38,889 bases of DNA from Octopus sinensis. Lineage: Eukaryota. The position numbers and the translations under genes are program-made. Within the stretch, counting starts at the first letter, position 1. Each line of letters opens with the position of its first letter. This document shows positions 12,695-23,956 of this stretch, one piece after another. The DNA lies in assembly GCF_006345805.1 (NCBI RefSeq), contig NW_021835726.1, forward strand, positions 1 to 38,889, in the 5' to 3' direction. The notes beneath the pieces were generated by a model. That model had not been told where the DNA came from. It was given only the letters and a program-made list of their open reading frames with translations, and did not search any database.

Positions 12695-13149
12695 ATATAT
12701 ACATGCATTTATGATAAATATATATATATATATATATATATGAGTGAGTAGACGAACGGACGTAACACTTAACTTATTAGCTTGGTCTCATATATGTGTA
12801 TGCATGCGAAGATGTATATGTCAAGGTATTCTTAACCTTATAAATACCAGTATATACCTATTTAAATATATATATATATATATGTATATCTGTATCAATC
12901 AATCTATCTCTCTATATATACACAGACACAAATATATATATATATATATATATATACACGTGTGTATGCATAATATATGTTATACATATATACACACGAA
13001 CACATATGTATATGTATATATACATACATATAGAATGTGACACAATGAAGGTTACCAGAACTCACTTTACTTTGAACCTGATAAGAAGATAGAGCTGTTG
13101 TGTATTTACTATTACACGTTAGTTTTGGGGACATGATTTTAATAATTTA

Positions 13150-13539
13150 CTCGAAGTATCGCCCGGCGTTTTTCGAGTTAGTTTCGACCCTTTAGAATTT
13201 GAATTTTGGAAAAGTAAAAATTTTGAATTATGTAACTTTTTATTATTTAAGTGAACATTTTTCTGATTGAAACACACCGGAAAATGGCGACACAGCAGTC
13301 AAAATATCGTAAAAATTAGGGATTTTCATAGAAAAAAAACACCTTTTTGATGTAAATAATCTTTGGTGTTGACATGATCCGATTTGAATTTTATCCCCTA
13401 CGGAAGAAAGAGCAAGCCTTCTTCTATCATACTCTCAATTTTGGTCAAGGTGCGCCGCAGGGTCTCGGAGAAGATAATGTTAGCTGAAGACTACCAAACC
13501 TGCCACACACAGACAACTTCAGGTTTATATATATACAGA
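13150..13539 (-). mobile_element. Non-autonomous Helitron, second subfamily
   Basis: Minus 5' end A|TCTGTATATATATAAAC. The 3' end is a degenerate version (tactcgaagtatcgcccggcgttt on plus) of the hairpin+CTAG end at 20371 and 23956. The internal sequence differs from those copies. Confidence 0.7.
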
Positions 13540-13610
13540 TATGTGGTAAGCATTATATTTAGTGTCAGGGCAACATGAACGCTTTAGAATAACTTGAACT
13601 TGTCTTACAG

Positions 13611-13709
13611 ACAGCTCCCTAACTTTTTTATGGTTTGATTCAGTTCTTTGGAAGATTTACAATAACTTCAAACAAGACAACGGACAACCTCATCAACATT
13701 TTTGGAAAG
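13611..13709 (+). other. Candidate 99-nt internal exon of an unknown host gene
   Basis: Acceptor cttgtcttacAG, donor AAG|GTACGT, one open frame SSLTFLWFDSVLWKIYNNFKQDNGQPHQHFWK; no recognised homology. Confidence 0.25.
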
Positions 13710-14892
13710 GTACGTCTAGGTTGCGACGCTGTAACTTAAATACTCAGTGTTGTAATATTCTTAAAGAAATTAGATAGATTCCGATTTTAAATTGTCCAAT
13801 ATTCGTCTTTCGGACATTTAAATAATGCCAATTTGCAAGTTCATACATTCTCGCAGATTATCTGCCTAGAAATATCAAAATCTACATAATGTCTCACTTA
13901 AATACCTTCAGAAACAAACGAATTCAATGCGACAAGAAGAAAAATAAATCTAGTTTGTATGCTTAACATACTACAAACAGCGGGCAAAAGTCGGATACTA
14001 TACAACAAAACTTATAAATAGAGTGAATGTGTCCATGATTTTCCATAGAATTTGAAATGCAATATCTCAGTTTGTGAATATGGACGTAAAGTTGGATAAT
14101 CCATTTACGTTGGTCTTTTGATGTTTATGAAAGAGCAGATTTGATTGAAGAATGAGTCTTTAGATATACCATTCATTTCACCGGAAGTATTTAGACACGC
14201 CATCTTATGTAAGACTGAAGATGCATGGCTGAAATATAAGAAAGATATAAAATAACTAATCTATTTATGTTGACTTTCTTTGGTTGTTGATGATAATGAA
14301 GCAACTATAGTTTATTAATTCTAAATTGTTTCTTTTTTTTATAATTTTCCGTCCTGGGACGCGGGTAGAGGGACAGAAAATAAGCTTAGGGAAGAATTGT
14401 TTCTAATATCAATTTGAACAACTTCAAAGAAAAAGGATAAAATAACATATATGGAATTCCATATTTTATACATTTGAACAAATGGAGAAGTTCCGAATTT
14501 CCCGCCAGCCAAGTCCTCATCGGACTCAAATTCAACTATATTCCTCTTGGCTTTATATACTTCCTGTTAAGTTACAATTTTCTTTGGTATATTGAGTTCT
14601 GCTGAAGATACATTAATTATTTATGGCATGAAGGGTTTTATTGATTAAGTGCTAATTGTCAGAATTAATTCTTGTATATGTATGTATAGGTGTGTTATCT
14701 GCAGGTGATGGGTGTTCACAAAAGGATGCAGGTAGATTGTTCAATGGCATACCTGTCAATTAGTTCGGTTGTTGTTTACCTTATTTAAATGTTAAAATAA
14801 TATTTACATCTTCTTTTGAGAAAGTGACGGTTTAATCTTCAAGTAGGTCACAATATTTGACCTTTGTGTTTTTATGTTACTTGCTTTGCCAG

Positions 14893-14929
14893 CTTTAGGG
14901 GATTGCTAGTTAAAAGTCCACGAAATAAT
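14893..14929 (+). other. Candidate 37-nt exon
   Basis: Acceptor ttacttgctttgccAG, donor AAT|GTAAGT, one open frame FRGLLVKSPRNN. Confidence 0.2.
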
Positions 14930-15096
14930 GTAAGTATTTGGTAAGTATTAGTTAGCTGATAGGTTGGTATCGTTTATTGTTTTTTTCAACTGTTTATCTT
15001 TGGATAATGTTGGTTCTCACTTAGGTACGTCACAGTGATATTAGTAGGGAATGGAAAATTTGCTACCTTACAGTTCAAATATATATATATATATAC

Positions 15097-15250
15097 CTTT
15101 CAGTTCCCTGTACCAAATCCACTCACAAGGCTTTGTTCGGCCCGAGGCTATAGCAGAAAACACTTGCCCAAGGTTCCACGCAGTGGGACTGAACCCACAG
15201 CCATGTGGTTGCTAAGCAAGCTACTTACTATACAGCCACGCCTGCGCCTA
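15097..15250 (-). mobile_element. CORE-like tRNA SINE (family C), 5' half
   Basis: Minus: ggcgcaggcgtggctgtatagtaag...gggttcagtccc (B box)...ccttgggcaagtg (CORE-like motif); matches 36100-36254. Confidence 0.88.
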
Positions 15251-15311
15251 TGTATATATATATATATATAGATATATATATATATATATATCTGTGCATA
15301 TATATCTGTGC

Positions 15312-15354
<43 letters not shown>

Positions 15355-15863
15355 TACAAACAGAGATGTTGTTGTCGAACATATTCTAAGCCAAGTTGAA
15401 TAGATACTGAAAGGAAAAAAGTAATATTTAAGTACACTATTCACATAAGGCCGTAATGGGCGAAAGTAAACAAAAGAACCGGCAGAGAGCTTTGTAATAC
15501 TCAAAGCAAACGAGAGAAAGAAAAGGGAATTCTGATTACTATCTTGTTCTCAGAATCACCAATGGCGATAGAGATGAAAGAAAGTGTGACATGGAAAACT
15601 AGTTGCCGCCTACTATTTGCTGAATCGTAATGCTAGGGTTGTTTGCAGTGAAGAATATATGACTTTCGTATTGTCGGCTCATTAATGAGTACGGTTGTTT
15701 GTATGCCGTTGGACATTGGAATATTGAGAAATGTGTTTGATATCAGGTGTAAGAAAATTACAGCAAGTATCTTCGAATCCAGGTCTTCTCATAACGAGGT
15801 TATTGTGTCGATTGAACAGACATGAGTATATTATTATGTTTAATAATATTTAAAGAAATCAAA

Positions 15864-16175
15864 GGCGGCGAGCTGGCAGAATCGTTAGCCCGCTGGACTA
15901 AAGGCTTAGCGCTATTTCGTCTGCATCTACGTTCTGAGTTCAAATTCCGCCGAGGTCGATTTTGCTTTTCATCCTTTCGGGGTCAATTAAATAAGTACCG
16001 GTTACGCACTGGTGTCGATATAATCGACTTAATCCCTTTGTCTGTCCTTGTTTGTCCCCTTTATGTTTAGCCCCTTGTGGGTAGTAAAGAAATAGGTATT
16101 TCGTCTGCTGCTACGTACTGATTTCAAATTCCGCCGAGGTTGACTTTGCCTTTCATCCTTTCGGGGTCGATAAAC
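15864..16175 (+). mobile_element. SINE family A, monomer plus partial second unit
   Basis: ggcggcgagctggcagaatcgtt head, B box, and junction aagaaata|ggtatttcg at 16094/16095. Confidence 0.9.
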
Positions 16176-16189
16176 TCAGGTAGGTAAAC

Positions 16190-16390
16190 GATACTACTAC
16201 TATCACCACCACCATCATCAAAGCCAACATCACCACCGCTACTACATCTATTACTACTACTAGTTTTCCTACTTCTACTGCTACTGTTATAATCACCACT
16301 AACATGATCACATCCACCACCGAGACCACCACAGCCACACTACCACCACCCCTACTACTACTACTACTACTACAGTATCAACAACAATAA
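16190..16390. repeat. (TAC/CAC/CAT)n degenerate trinucleotide array
   Basis: Low-complexity tandem units; similar at 17795-17845. Confidence 0.8.
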
Positions 16391-16799
16391 TCCGAAGAAT
16401 CTCCTGTGTAGCCACAGCTGACAAAAAGTCCTGCGAATCTTCGATTGGGGATTAAAAACCAAAAGTGGAGCAGAAAAGATTAGTTTAGAAATACGAGAAT
16501 GGAGCTTACGTATAAGTGAGACGGAAATAAAACGAAGAATGAAACGAACACAATTGTTAAAAAGAATTTATAATTAAAGGGAAATAAAAGAAATGAAAGC
16601 AACGAAAGCTTAGCAGCGTGTTTGAATTTGCGCACTGAACGACCGTTCCATTAAATAATTCTTGAATTGATCACCTGCGCAGCCATGTGCACCGGTAAAC
16701 ATTTTCGCAGCTTTTCGCTTTGAAAACTTTCAACATCTTCAATGAATACTCATTTACATTCAATGTAATTGTAATGTCTCGATTTTATTTTTCCCAATA

Positions 16800-17730
16800 T
16801 TTTCATCTTTTACGTGTTCATTGCATTCTGAACATTTCGTCATTCTAAATTCTTCGGAAGGAGACGATACTTAATATTTTGATCAATTGTTTTTCCTAAG
16901 TTTTCAAGGTCAAATAATTCATTACATCTTTGCTTCCACCATTTGCTATAAATTTTTTACCCTGAAGAATGTTAGTTTTCTTTTGAAGAAATTCTTTCTC
17001 TTCGCCTATTGCTCTTCTTCGATGAGTCTTCATTTTTGAGGTTACTTCCTTCTTTCATATATTAAAGACACATTCCATGTTTTTCAGGCTGAGATCATTC
17101 TCCAGCAGCCTAGGATATTTTTTCTTTTTCCTTAAATATTCATTCCTTTAATATCCACTCCCTTCCGCTTCTTGACAGAGATAAAGATCTACCTGCAATA
17201 ATCCAAGGTACATGTAAATGCCACCTTCATCCATTTATAACATTGTTTAATTTCTCATATGAGAACTCATTTACTTCCCTCTGATTTGGATAATTCTCTT
17301 CATACTGGCACCACCAAACACCTACCTAATTCAAACTTAATATCGATGGCATCCCTCACAAATCTTACAATCTCGACGAATGGATCTAAAGCTTTAACAT
17401 ATTACGCAAATAATTTCAGGTCATCGATAAACAAGTAGGGGTTTATTTTCTCATCACTGCCAAATTCGGAGAACGATTTAAGCCATTTCATTGTTAACGT
17501 AAGAGGAATGAAAGCAACTAGGAATAGCAACAGCGAAAGTTTATTCCATAGGAATAATTCCTTCATTCTTCAGACGTCACCTAAACTATCTACAAGAGAT
17601 ATTAGTTTGGTTTTCCATTTTCACATACTGAGTTCCGAAAGAGCTGTAGAGCATTCTTTGCTATCCCAAATATACTGAAAAAATTCTTCGACTATTCGTG
17701 TTCATAGAACGCGGCTAATCAAAACATGAA
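16800..17730 (-). mobile_element. R4/Dong-clade non-LTR retrotransposon, decayed RT region
   Basis: Minus, with stops and frameshifts: IFGIAKNALQLFRNS..KWKTKL...LSLLLFLVAFIPLTLTMK...KINPYLFIDDLKLFA..KALDPFVEIVRF. This corresponds to R4/Dong GIFQGDSLSPLLF.IA.IPLT...KINHLLFMDDLKLYA. Best supported at 17170-17720. Confidence 0.8.
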
Positions 17731-18034
17731 ATCTGTACATGCGAATCTCGACTTAGTCTGTGACATCATCTGACACTCACAGAAATTGCCACTGAACCAC
17801 CACCACCACCACCACCACCACTACGACTACTACTACTTTTACTACAATACTGTTGTTATAAATTCATGAATTCACTATGGCTATTGTTGGTTCCACCATT
17901 TTAATCGATGTAAACTCCGCCCCTACACTTCTCAGTTTGTTGAACTTTGCCCTTGCACAGAATTCATTGACCTTGACACGTGTAGCCAATTAAATAAATA
18001 AATAAATAAATAATCACCATCACTATTGTCAGGT

Positions 18035-18129
18035 CTTCGTCTTCTCCTTCTTCCTCCTCCTCTTCTTCTTCTTCTTCTTCTTCTTCTTCTTCTCACCTCC
18101 TCTTCCTGCTCTCCTCTTCTCCTTCTTCA

Positions 18130-18186
<57 letters not shown>

Positions 18187-18205
18187 TACTACTACTACTA
18201 TTATC
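18035..18205. repeat. (CTT/CCT)n followed by (TAT)n/(TAC)n microsatellites
   Basis: Direct tandem units; explains ORFs at 18026-18286. Confidence 0.95.
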
Positions 18206-18774
18206 ATTCATATATTTTCGCTGGAAAAACGGAATCACGGAATCTCTTCGCTGAAAGACGTGATTGCATGACTGTATCAAAAACAAAATTAATGATCTGT
18301 GGGGAAAATTATATTTTTACTATTGTTAACTACATTTTGTTAGCTTAAAGAGATTGATAATATGAAGAAAAAAAACCCCAAAAACACAAAATGGAACAAA
18401 ATAATATAAAAAAACAAGATGATGAGTCATAAAATAATGAATACATTGTTTAGTTTAAATAATTTCTCCTTCAATTGTATAAGTCGATTCCACGAAGCGA
18501 TATCTAGATTCAGTTTCAAAGAAAAATTGACAATCGTTTTGAGATGACTGTGATTAGTAGTGATGGCGATGGCGATGGTGATGGTGGTGGTGGTGGTGGT
18601 GGTGGTGATGGTGACGTAACCGATGAAGAAAATGATGAGGATGGTGATGATGCTGCGTTAAGTGTTAACTGAATCTCTGAACTCAATGCCCTTCGGTATT
18701 TAGGTTTTGTTTTTGTCATTGTACAACAGTCTCAGCTTGCAACCCCCACGGGGCTTTCATTTTGATTCAAATTT

Positions 18775-19030
18775 TATATATGTATATATATATTATATAT
18801 TATATATATATATATGCATATATATATATATATATAATATGTATATATATGTATGTATATATATATATGTATATATGTATATATATATAATATATATATA
18901 TATATAATATATACATAAATATATATATGTATATATAAACATATATATATATATATATATAATATATACATATATAATATATATATGTATATATATATAT
19001 ATATGAGTGTGTATGTGTGTGTGTACATGG
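18775..19030. repeat. (TA)n microsatellite complex
   Basis: Direct tandem units. Confidence 0.93.
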
Positions 19031-19084
19031 TTGAATGAATATATGACTGCAGATGTGCAGATGTATGTGGTGTGTATAAGTATA

Positions 19085-19291
19085 TACGACGGTGTGCTGA
19101 AAAATTCCTGGCTCTGAGTAAAAAGAAAATACAGGAGAATCATTAAATTCTAATTCTCTTCTCAGATTTATACACTTACCATGACGATCCTTCAGTCTTT
19201 CTAAGCTCTGGTAAAGAACGCAGGGTTTCCGATCACCAGCCATCCTTTTGCGATACCCTAAAAGTCAGAAACATTGTAGCACCTCGTCGTT
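19085..19291. mobile_element. mariner-derived MITE
   Basis: Imperfect TIRs TA|cgacggtgtgctgaaaaattcctggct versus rc of aaagtcagaaacattgtagcacctcgtcg; left TA present, right flank TT. Confidence 0.6.
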
Positions 19292-19489
19292 TATATATAT
19301 ATATAATAATAAATATTGGGGAATAAATCCAAATTTACAGGGAAAAATCAGATTTAGGATTGAATCCAATTTTATAGTAAAATATCATATTATATTAAAT
19401 TAGAGACAAAACCACTATTATGCAAATCAAACAAAGAAAGACTTAAGCCAATACATAAAATAATTAATAAAATTAAATTTAATTAAAAT

Positions 19490-19543
19490 AACCACTACCA
19501 TCGTTTCGTGTCAGCACTTCTATGAGACATTCTTCGGGTGGTT
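19490..19543 (-). ncRNA. Mutated hammerhead motif (antisense twin)
   Basis: Minus: aaccac-CCGAAGA-a-tgtc...gaca-c-GAAA-cgatgg-TA-gtggtt; core U4->C and a broken stem III palindrome relative to the + copy. Confidence 0.6.
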
Positions 19544-19574
19544 CATAGTTTAAAACTTGCAAAGAAGGTTTTGA

Positions 19575-19628
19575 AACCACCTGAAGAATGTCTCATAGAA
19601 GTGCTGACACGAAACGATCGTAGTGGTT
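19575..19628 (+). ncRNA. Minimal type I hammerhead ribozyme motif
   Basis: aaccac-CTGAAGA-a-tgtc(13 nt)gaca-c-GAAA-cgatcg-TA-gtggtt. Stem I 19575-80/19623-28, core CUGAAGA 19581-87, stem II 19589-92/19606-09, GAAA 19611-14, self-complementary ACGATCGT 19614-21, predicted GUA cleavage after 19622. Non-canonical A.C at the 10.1/11.1 pair. Confidence 0.75.
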
Positions 19629-19719
19629 ATTTTGATTAAATTTAATAATAATTATTTTATGTATTGGCTTAAGTCTTTCTTTGTTTTATTTGCATAATAG
19701 TGGTTTTGTCTCTAATTTA

Positions 19720-19782
<63 letters not shown>

Positions 19783-20370
19783 GTATGTGTATATATATGT
19801 ATGCATACACATACATGAATACATACATACATGCATACATACATACATACATATATACAAATATACTAATGTATATATCCTGTAGATTTTCAAAGTCACC
19901 TAGTGAAGTACCACGGTAATTTCGATTCCCTTTGAAGAGATTTGAAGTTTACGTCTCTGATGCGAAGAATATAGAAGTTTTTTTTTCACGTTTATACAAG
20001 AACACGCTAAGAGATGCAAGTGTGAAACGATAAAACGTGGAAGTTCATGTTCTATTGCTGTACATCTGTTGTTGTTGTTGATGATGATGATGATGATGAT
20101 AATGTTGTGTTACAAACTCTAATGTGGGAGTGAGATAGATAGAAAGAGATTGACAGAGACATATACAGAGAGAGAGAGAGAGAGAGGGCAGTAATAAACT
20201 CATAAGAACTTCATCTGCGATGGTCATGTGGGTTTTACGTAACACGAAACCTCGTGTCATCTTTGTCATCTTGTGTGTAATTTGAGGCGATTTGTTTTTA
20301 TAACTTTTTTTGGCTTCGTGATCCCACAGAAGTATCTACGCTTTCTTACGTAAGTCTTGTTTAGTATATA

Positions 20371-20766
20371 CTAGCAGTATCGCCCGGCCTTGCTCGGGTT
20401 TGTAAGGGAAATAACTATATAAGCATTTTTAGAGAGTTATAGCCAAAAAATAGCCAAAAAATGCATTAAAAATGGAAAAGAAAATGATGGTAATTTTTTT
20501 TTAAATCATTGACTCATCGTAGACATTTTTAGAGAGTTACTTGCCTTATTTAATAGCGAGAAAAATGCATTAAAATGGAAAAAAATGATGGTAATTTTTT
20601 TTTAAATCGTAGACTCATCGTAGACGCGCGCTAATACTCAGAAGGGCTCGATATGAATCACGACTATAAGATACCGCTTTTGGTTAAACTGCACCGCAAA
20701 ATGTGGGAGTAGTTAGGAATCTAATCGTAGGAGACAGACACACAACTTCACTTTTATATATAAAAA
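20371..20766 (-). mobile_element. Non-autonomous Helitron (family 1)
   Basis: Reverse complement of 23559-23956; minus 3' end has hairpin + CTAG|T; the 5' TC is mutated to TT. Confidence 0.9.
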
Positions 20767-21245
20767 TGTTGCAACAACTAAAACATTCGTTTGTGCAAAT
20801 TGTTTGCACAGGAAACCTACCATGTGTGGCGGTTTTTGCCGTTTTTGTGGATCTGTTTCAGGTTTTTTAGCGATTTATTTTTTGGCGACTTCAAGCCATG
20901 AAGTCGTTGTTCTAAAAGAACGCTGGTCTCCTTGACAACGCTTTACGACGTTGATTTCCTTACACTCCCTTCCCCACAACTTCATGAGGGGGGAAGAAGG
21001 GGGAGAAGCACACAGGTGCAGGTGTGACATGGACGCCAACTCCGCCGCATCGAGACACGAAAAAATATGCGTTAAAATGGAAAAAATTATGGTAAATTAT
21101 TTTTAAAATCGTAGACTCATCGTAGACGCGCGCTAATACCAGAAGGGCTCGATATGAATCACGACTATAAGATACCCGAATTTGGTTAAACTGCAACCGC
21201 AAAATGTGGGAGAAGTTAGGAATCTAAATCGTAGGAGAGACAAAC
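20767..21245 (-). mobile_element. Helitron family 1 partial copy with a GC-richer internal extension
   Basis: 21058-21245 aligns with 20560-20745. 20767-21057 is a different sequence that directly abuts the full copy; its Helitron origin is inferred. Confidence 0.65.
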
Positions 21246-21412
21246 ATGTCGTCCAACGTGACCATTGAAGTCACCAGCCACAAAGATAAGTCTCTGTCGT
21301 TCGTCAATGAGGTAGTCTGCAGTAGAGTGTCATAGAATCGGTCTTTCTGTCCATCGGGTAGCCCCCCTGAGGAGCATAGGCTGATATAATGGTTGGTAAA
21401 CTATGATGAAGC
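21244..21412 (-). mobile_element. RTE LINE apurinic endonuclease fragment
   Basis: Minus, with frameshifts: TIISAYAPQ / GLPDGQKDRFYDTLLQTTSLTNDRD / LIFVAGDFNGHVGRH, containing the classic APE motifs YAP and GDFN. Confidence 0.9.
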
Positions 21413-21559
21413 ACTACTAATCTAATTTAAGTATTCTGTCACTTACTCTGATTACCTCAATGAGAGAATGAAAATCAAAACATTTACCATTAACGATATA
21501 TCCCGACTGATCAGTTTCTACTCTTTCTAGCAAAACAGACAATATATGTGTGTATATAT

Positions 21560-21618
<59 letters not shown>

Positions 21619-21713
21619 ATATACATATACATATACATATACATATGTACGTATATATATATGTGGTAGACTGTGCTGAATGAAAGGAACAGTGCCGTGA
21701 CTAATACAGTAGT

Positions 21714-21795
21714 AAGTAGTACCAGTTAAGCACTGGGGTCGATGTAATCGACTTAATTCGTTTGTTTGTCCCTTCTATGTTTAGGGTAGCAAGAA
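21714..21795 (+). mobile_element. SINE family A, 3' fragment
   Basis: aagtagtaccagttaagcactggggtcgatgtaatcgacttaattcgtttg...ggtagcaagaata. Confidence 0.8.
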
Positions 21796-21844
21796 TATTC
21801 ATAGAATTATTTTCTATTTTCTATGAATATTCTTGCTACCCTAA
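21781..21844. repeat. Perfect 26-bp inverted repeat with a 12-nt loop
   Basis: ttagggtagcaagaatattcatagaa (21781-21806) / ttctatgaatattcttgctaccctaa (21819-21844). Confidence 0.97.
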
Positions 21845-22175
21845 GATTTTAATTAATGATAAAATGTTTTTTGGCTAATTCTGGAAGAAAATAGGCAATT
21901 TATTTTTTCGTGCTGGTTGAGTTCCGCTACTGCGCGGTAGATTCGAAAAATTAGAACCTATAGACACGTGGCGGGTTATTTATCGCTCCGTGCCTATGTG
22001 TTCAGTCCTGGCAACCTACTGAGGAAGAAGCGCCAGATATAGACTGAAAGTATTTTATTTCAGTTTGTATTTATGTCTGCAGAAACCTTGCAGGGTCTAG
22101 GATTAAGATAAATGTTTTTCTTTTTCAATCACTTTCGGAATTACAACAATTGGTGGCTTGGAGTTTTAACTTAGA

Positions 22176-22550
22176 GGAAGCACTCCGTCGGTTACGGCGA
22201 CGAGGGTTCCGGTTGATCCGAATCAACGGAACAGCCTGCTCGTGAAATTAACGTGTAAGTGGCTGAGCACTCCACAGACACGTGCACCCTTAACGTAGTT
22301 CTCGGGGATATTCAGCGTGACACAGAGAGTGACAAGGCCGGCCCCTTGAAATACAGGTACAACAGAAACAGGAAGTAAGAAACAGGAAGTTGTGGTGAAA
22401 GAGTACAGCAGGGATCACCAACATCCCCTGCCGGAGCCTCGTGGAGCTTTTAGGTGTTTTCGCTCAATAAACACACACAACGCCCGGTCTGGGAATCGAA
22501 AGCGCGATCCTATGACCGTGAGTCCGCTGCCCTAACCACCGGGCCATTGC
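22176..22550 (-). mobile_element. tRNA-derived SINE family B, near full length
   Basis: Minus head gcaaTGGCCCGGTGGTTAGggcagcggactc (A box), B-box variant tttcgattccc; tail ...gttccgttgattcggatcaaccggaaccctcgtcgccgtaaccgacggagtgc. Confidence 0.85.
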
Positions 22551-22956
22551 ACATATATGAATCCGATCCCAGTGCTCGCTCTTCTTTCTGTGCATATCTT
22601 TACAAAATTTTCCGTTTGAGTATAACAGGCTATTATTGATCAAACTAATATCTATTTATTTGACGTGGTTCAATTATTCGAATTTAAAGTGTATCCCCTG
22701 TGATATACCATCGTTGATTTCACTCGTATCTAAAGACTTATGTGAAAAACTGCTCATAAATAATACAGTTACTGAGTCAGTTATGCATGAGTATGCAAAT
22801 TCCGTACGTTTCTGTCATATGTTTGCTAATTAATATTGCGTGTTTTAAAATTAATTAACACAGCTGTAGGTTTCATCGATTAAATTTCAGTGTGAACAAC
22901 AAGGAGGAATTGGAATAAGTGAGATATGGAATAAGTGATCAAAATACGCCGAAGTA

Positions 22957-23200
22957 TCATCATCATCATCATCGTTTAACGTCCGTTCTCCATGCTAGCA
23001 TGGGTTGGACGGTTCGACCGGGGATCTGGGAAACCAGAAGGCTGCACCAGGCTCCAGTCTGATCTGGCAGAGTTTCTACAGCTGGATGTCCTTCCTAACG
23101 CCAACCACTCCGCAAGTGTAGTGGGTGCTTTTTACGTGACACTTGCACAGGTGCCAGCCGAGGCTGGCAACGGCCACGGTCGGATTGGTGCATTTTACGT
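22957..23200 (-). mobile_element. Short retroelement with a (GAT)n tail (RTE-type 3' end or SINE)
   Basis: Minus: ggcgttaggaaggacatccagctgtagaaactctgcc...aacccatgctagcatggagaacggacgttaaacGATGATGATG; family assignment from recall. Confidence 0.65.
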
Positions 23201-23558
23201 ATATGTAACAGAAAGAATTTTAAATCCATCTTTTTCCATCTTCTCTACCTCCTTCTCCTCTTTCTCCTCGCCATCATCAGAATCATCAACATGTCTACAG
23301 CGTAAATCTTTATATATAAAACTGTATCATTCCGCATACTCATATGTGACGTTTGTCCGTAGATTGTATTACTAAACATAAGGTATTTGTTTTTCTCATA
23401 TGAATTCGCGACCATCTGCAATAAATTTGCTGTTACATCATAAAATTAGTATGACTAATAATCTACAATTTCACTTCCATAATTATGTGTAATGTAGTGT
23501 AATGTCGGTATGTAACGATAGAGGCATTTCTTTTTCACCGCACTGTCTCGGTGGTTAA

Positions 23559-23956
23559 TCTTTATATATAAAAGTAAGGTTGTGTGTCTGTCTCCTACGA
23601 TTTAGATTCGTAACTACTCCCACATTTGTGGTGCAGTTTAACCAAAACCGGGTATCTTATAGTCGTGATTCATATCGAGCCCTTCTGGGTATTAGCGCGC
23701 GTCTATGATGAGTGTATGATTAAAAAAAAAAATTACCATCATTTGTTTCCATTTTAATGCATTTTTTCGCTATTATTTAAGGAAAGTAACTCTCTAAAAA
23801 TGTCTACGATGAGTCAACGATTAAAAAAAAAATTTACCATAATTTTTTTTCCATTTCTAATGCATTGTTTTGCTATTTTTTTGGCTATAACTCTCTAAAA
23901 ATGCTTATATAGTTATTTCCCTTAAAAACCCGAGCAACGCCGGGCGATACTGCTAG
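23559..23956 (+). mobile_element. Non-autonomous Helitron (family 1), intact termini
   Basis: A|TC at 23558/23559; subterminal hairpin cccgagcaacgccggg; CTAG|T at 23953-23957; internal ~115-bp tandem duplication (atgatgag/acgatgag...ctctctaaaaatg). Confidence 0.92.

Larger units (their letters stand above)
19388..19728. repeat. ~340-bp fold-back (arms ~155 bp, 31-nt spacer), probably an inverted PLE pLTR derivative
   Basis: 19388-19543 is the near-perfect reverse complement of 19575-19728 (aattagagacaaaaccactattatgcaaat...cttaagccaatacataaaataatt...accacta); each arm contains a hammerhead motif. Confidence 0.92.

Noticed and set aside
14214-14240. CTGAAGA...GAAA spacing
   Set aside because: Stem II only 2 bp; no stem I and no cleavage triplet
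14370-14560. Minus-strand open frame EVYKAKRNIVEFESDEDLAGGKF...
   Set aside because: Weak acceptor, no clear donor, no recognisable homology
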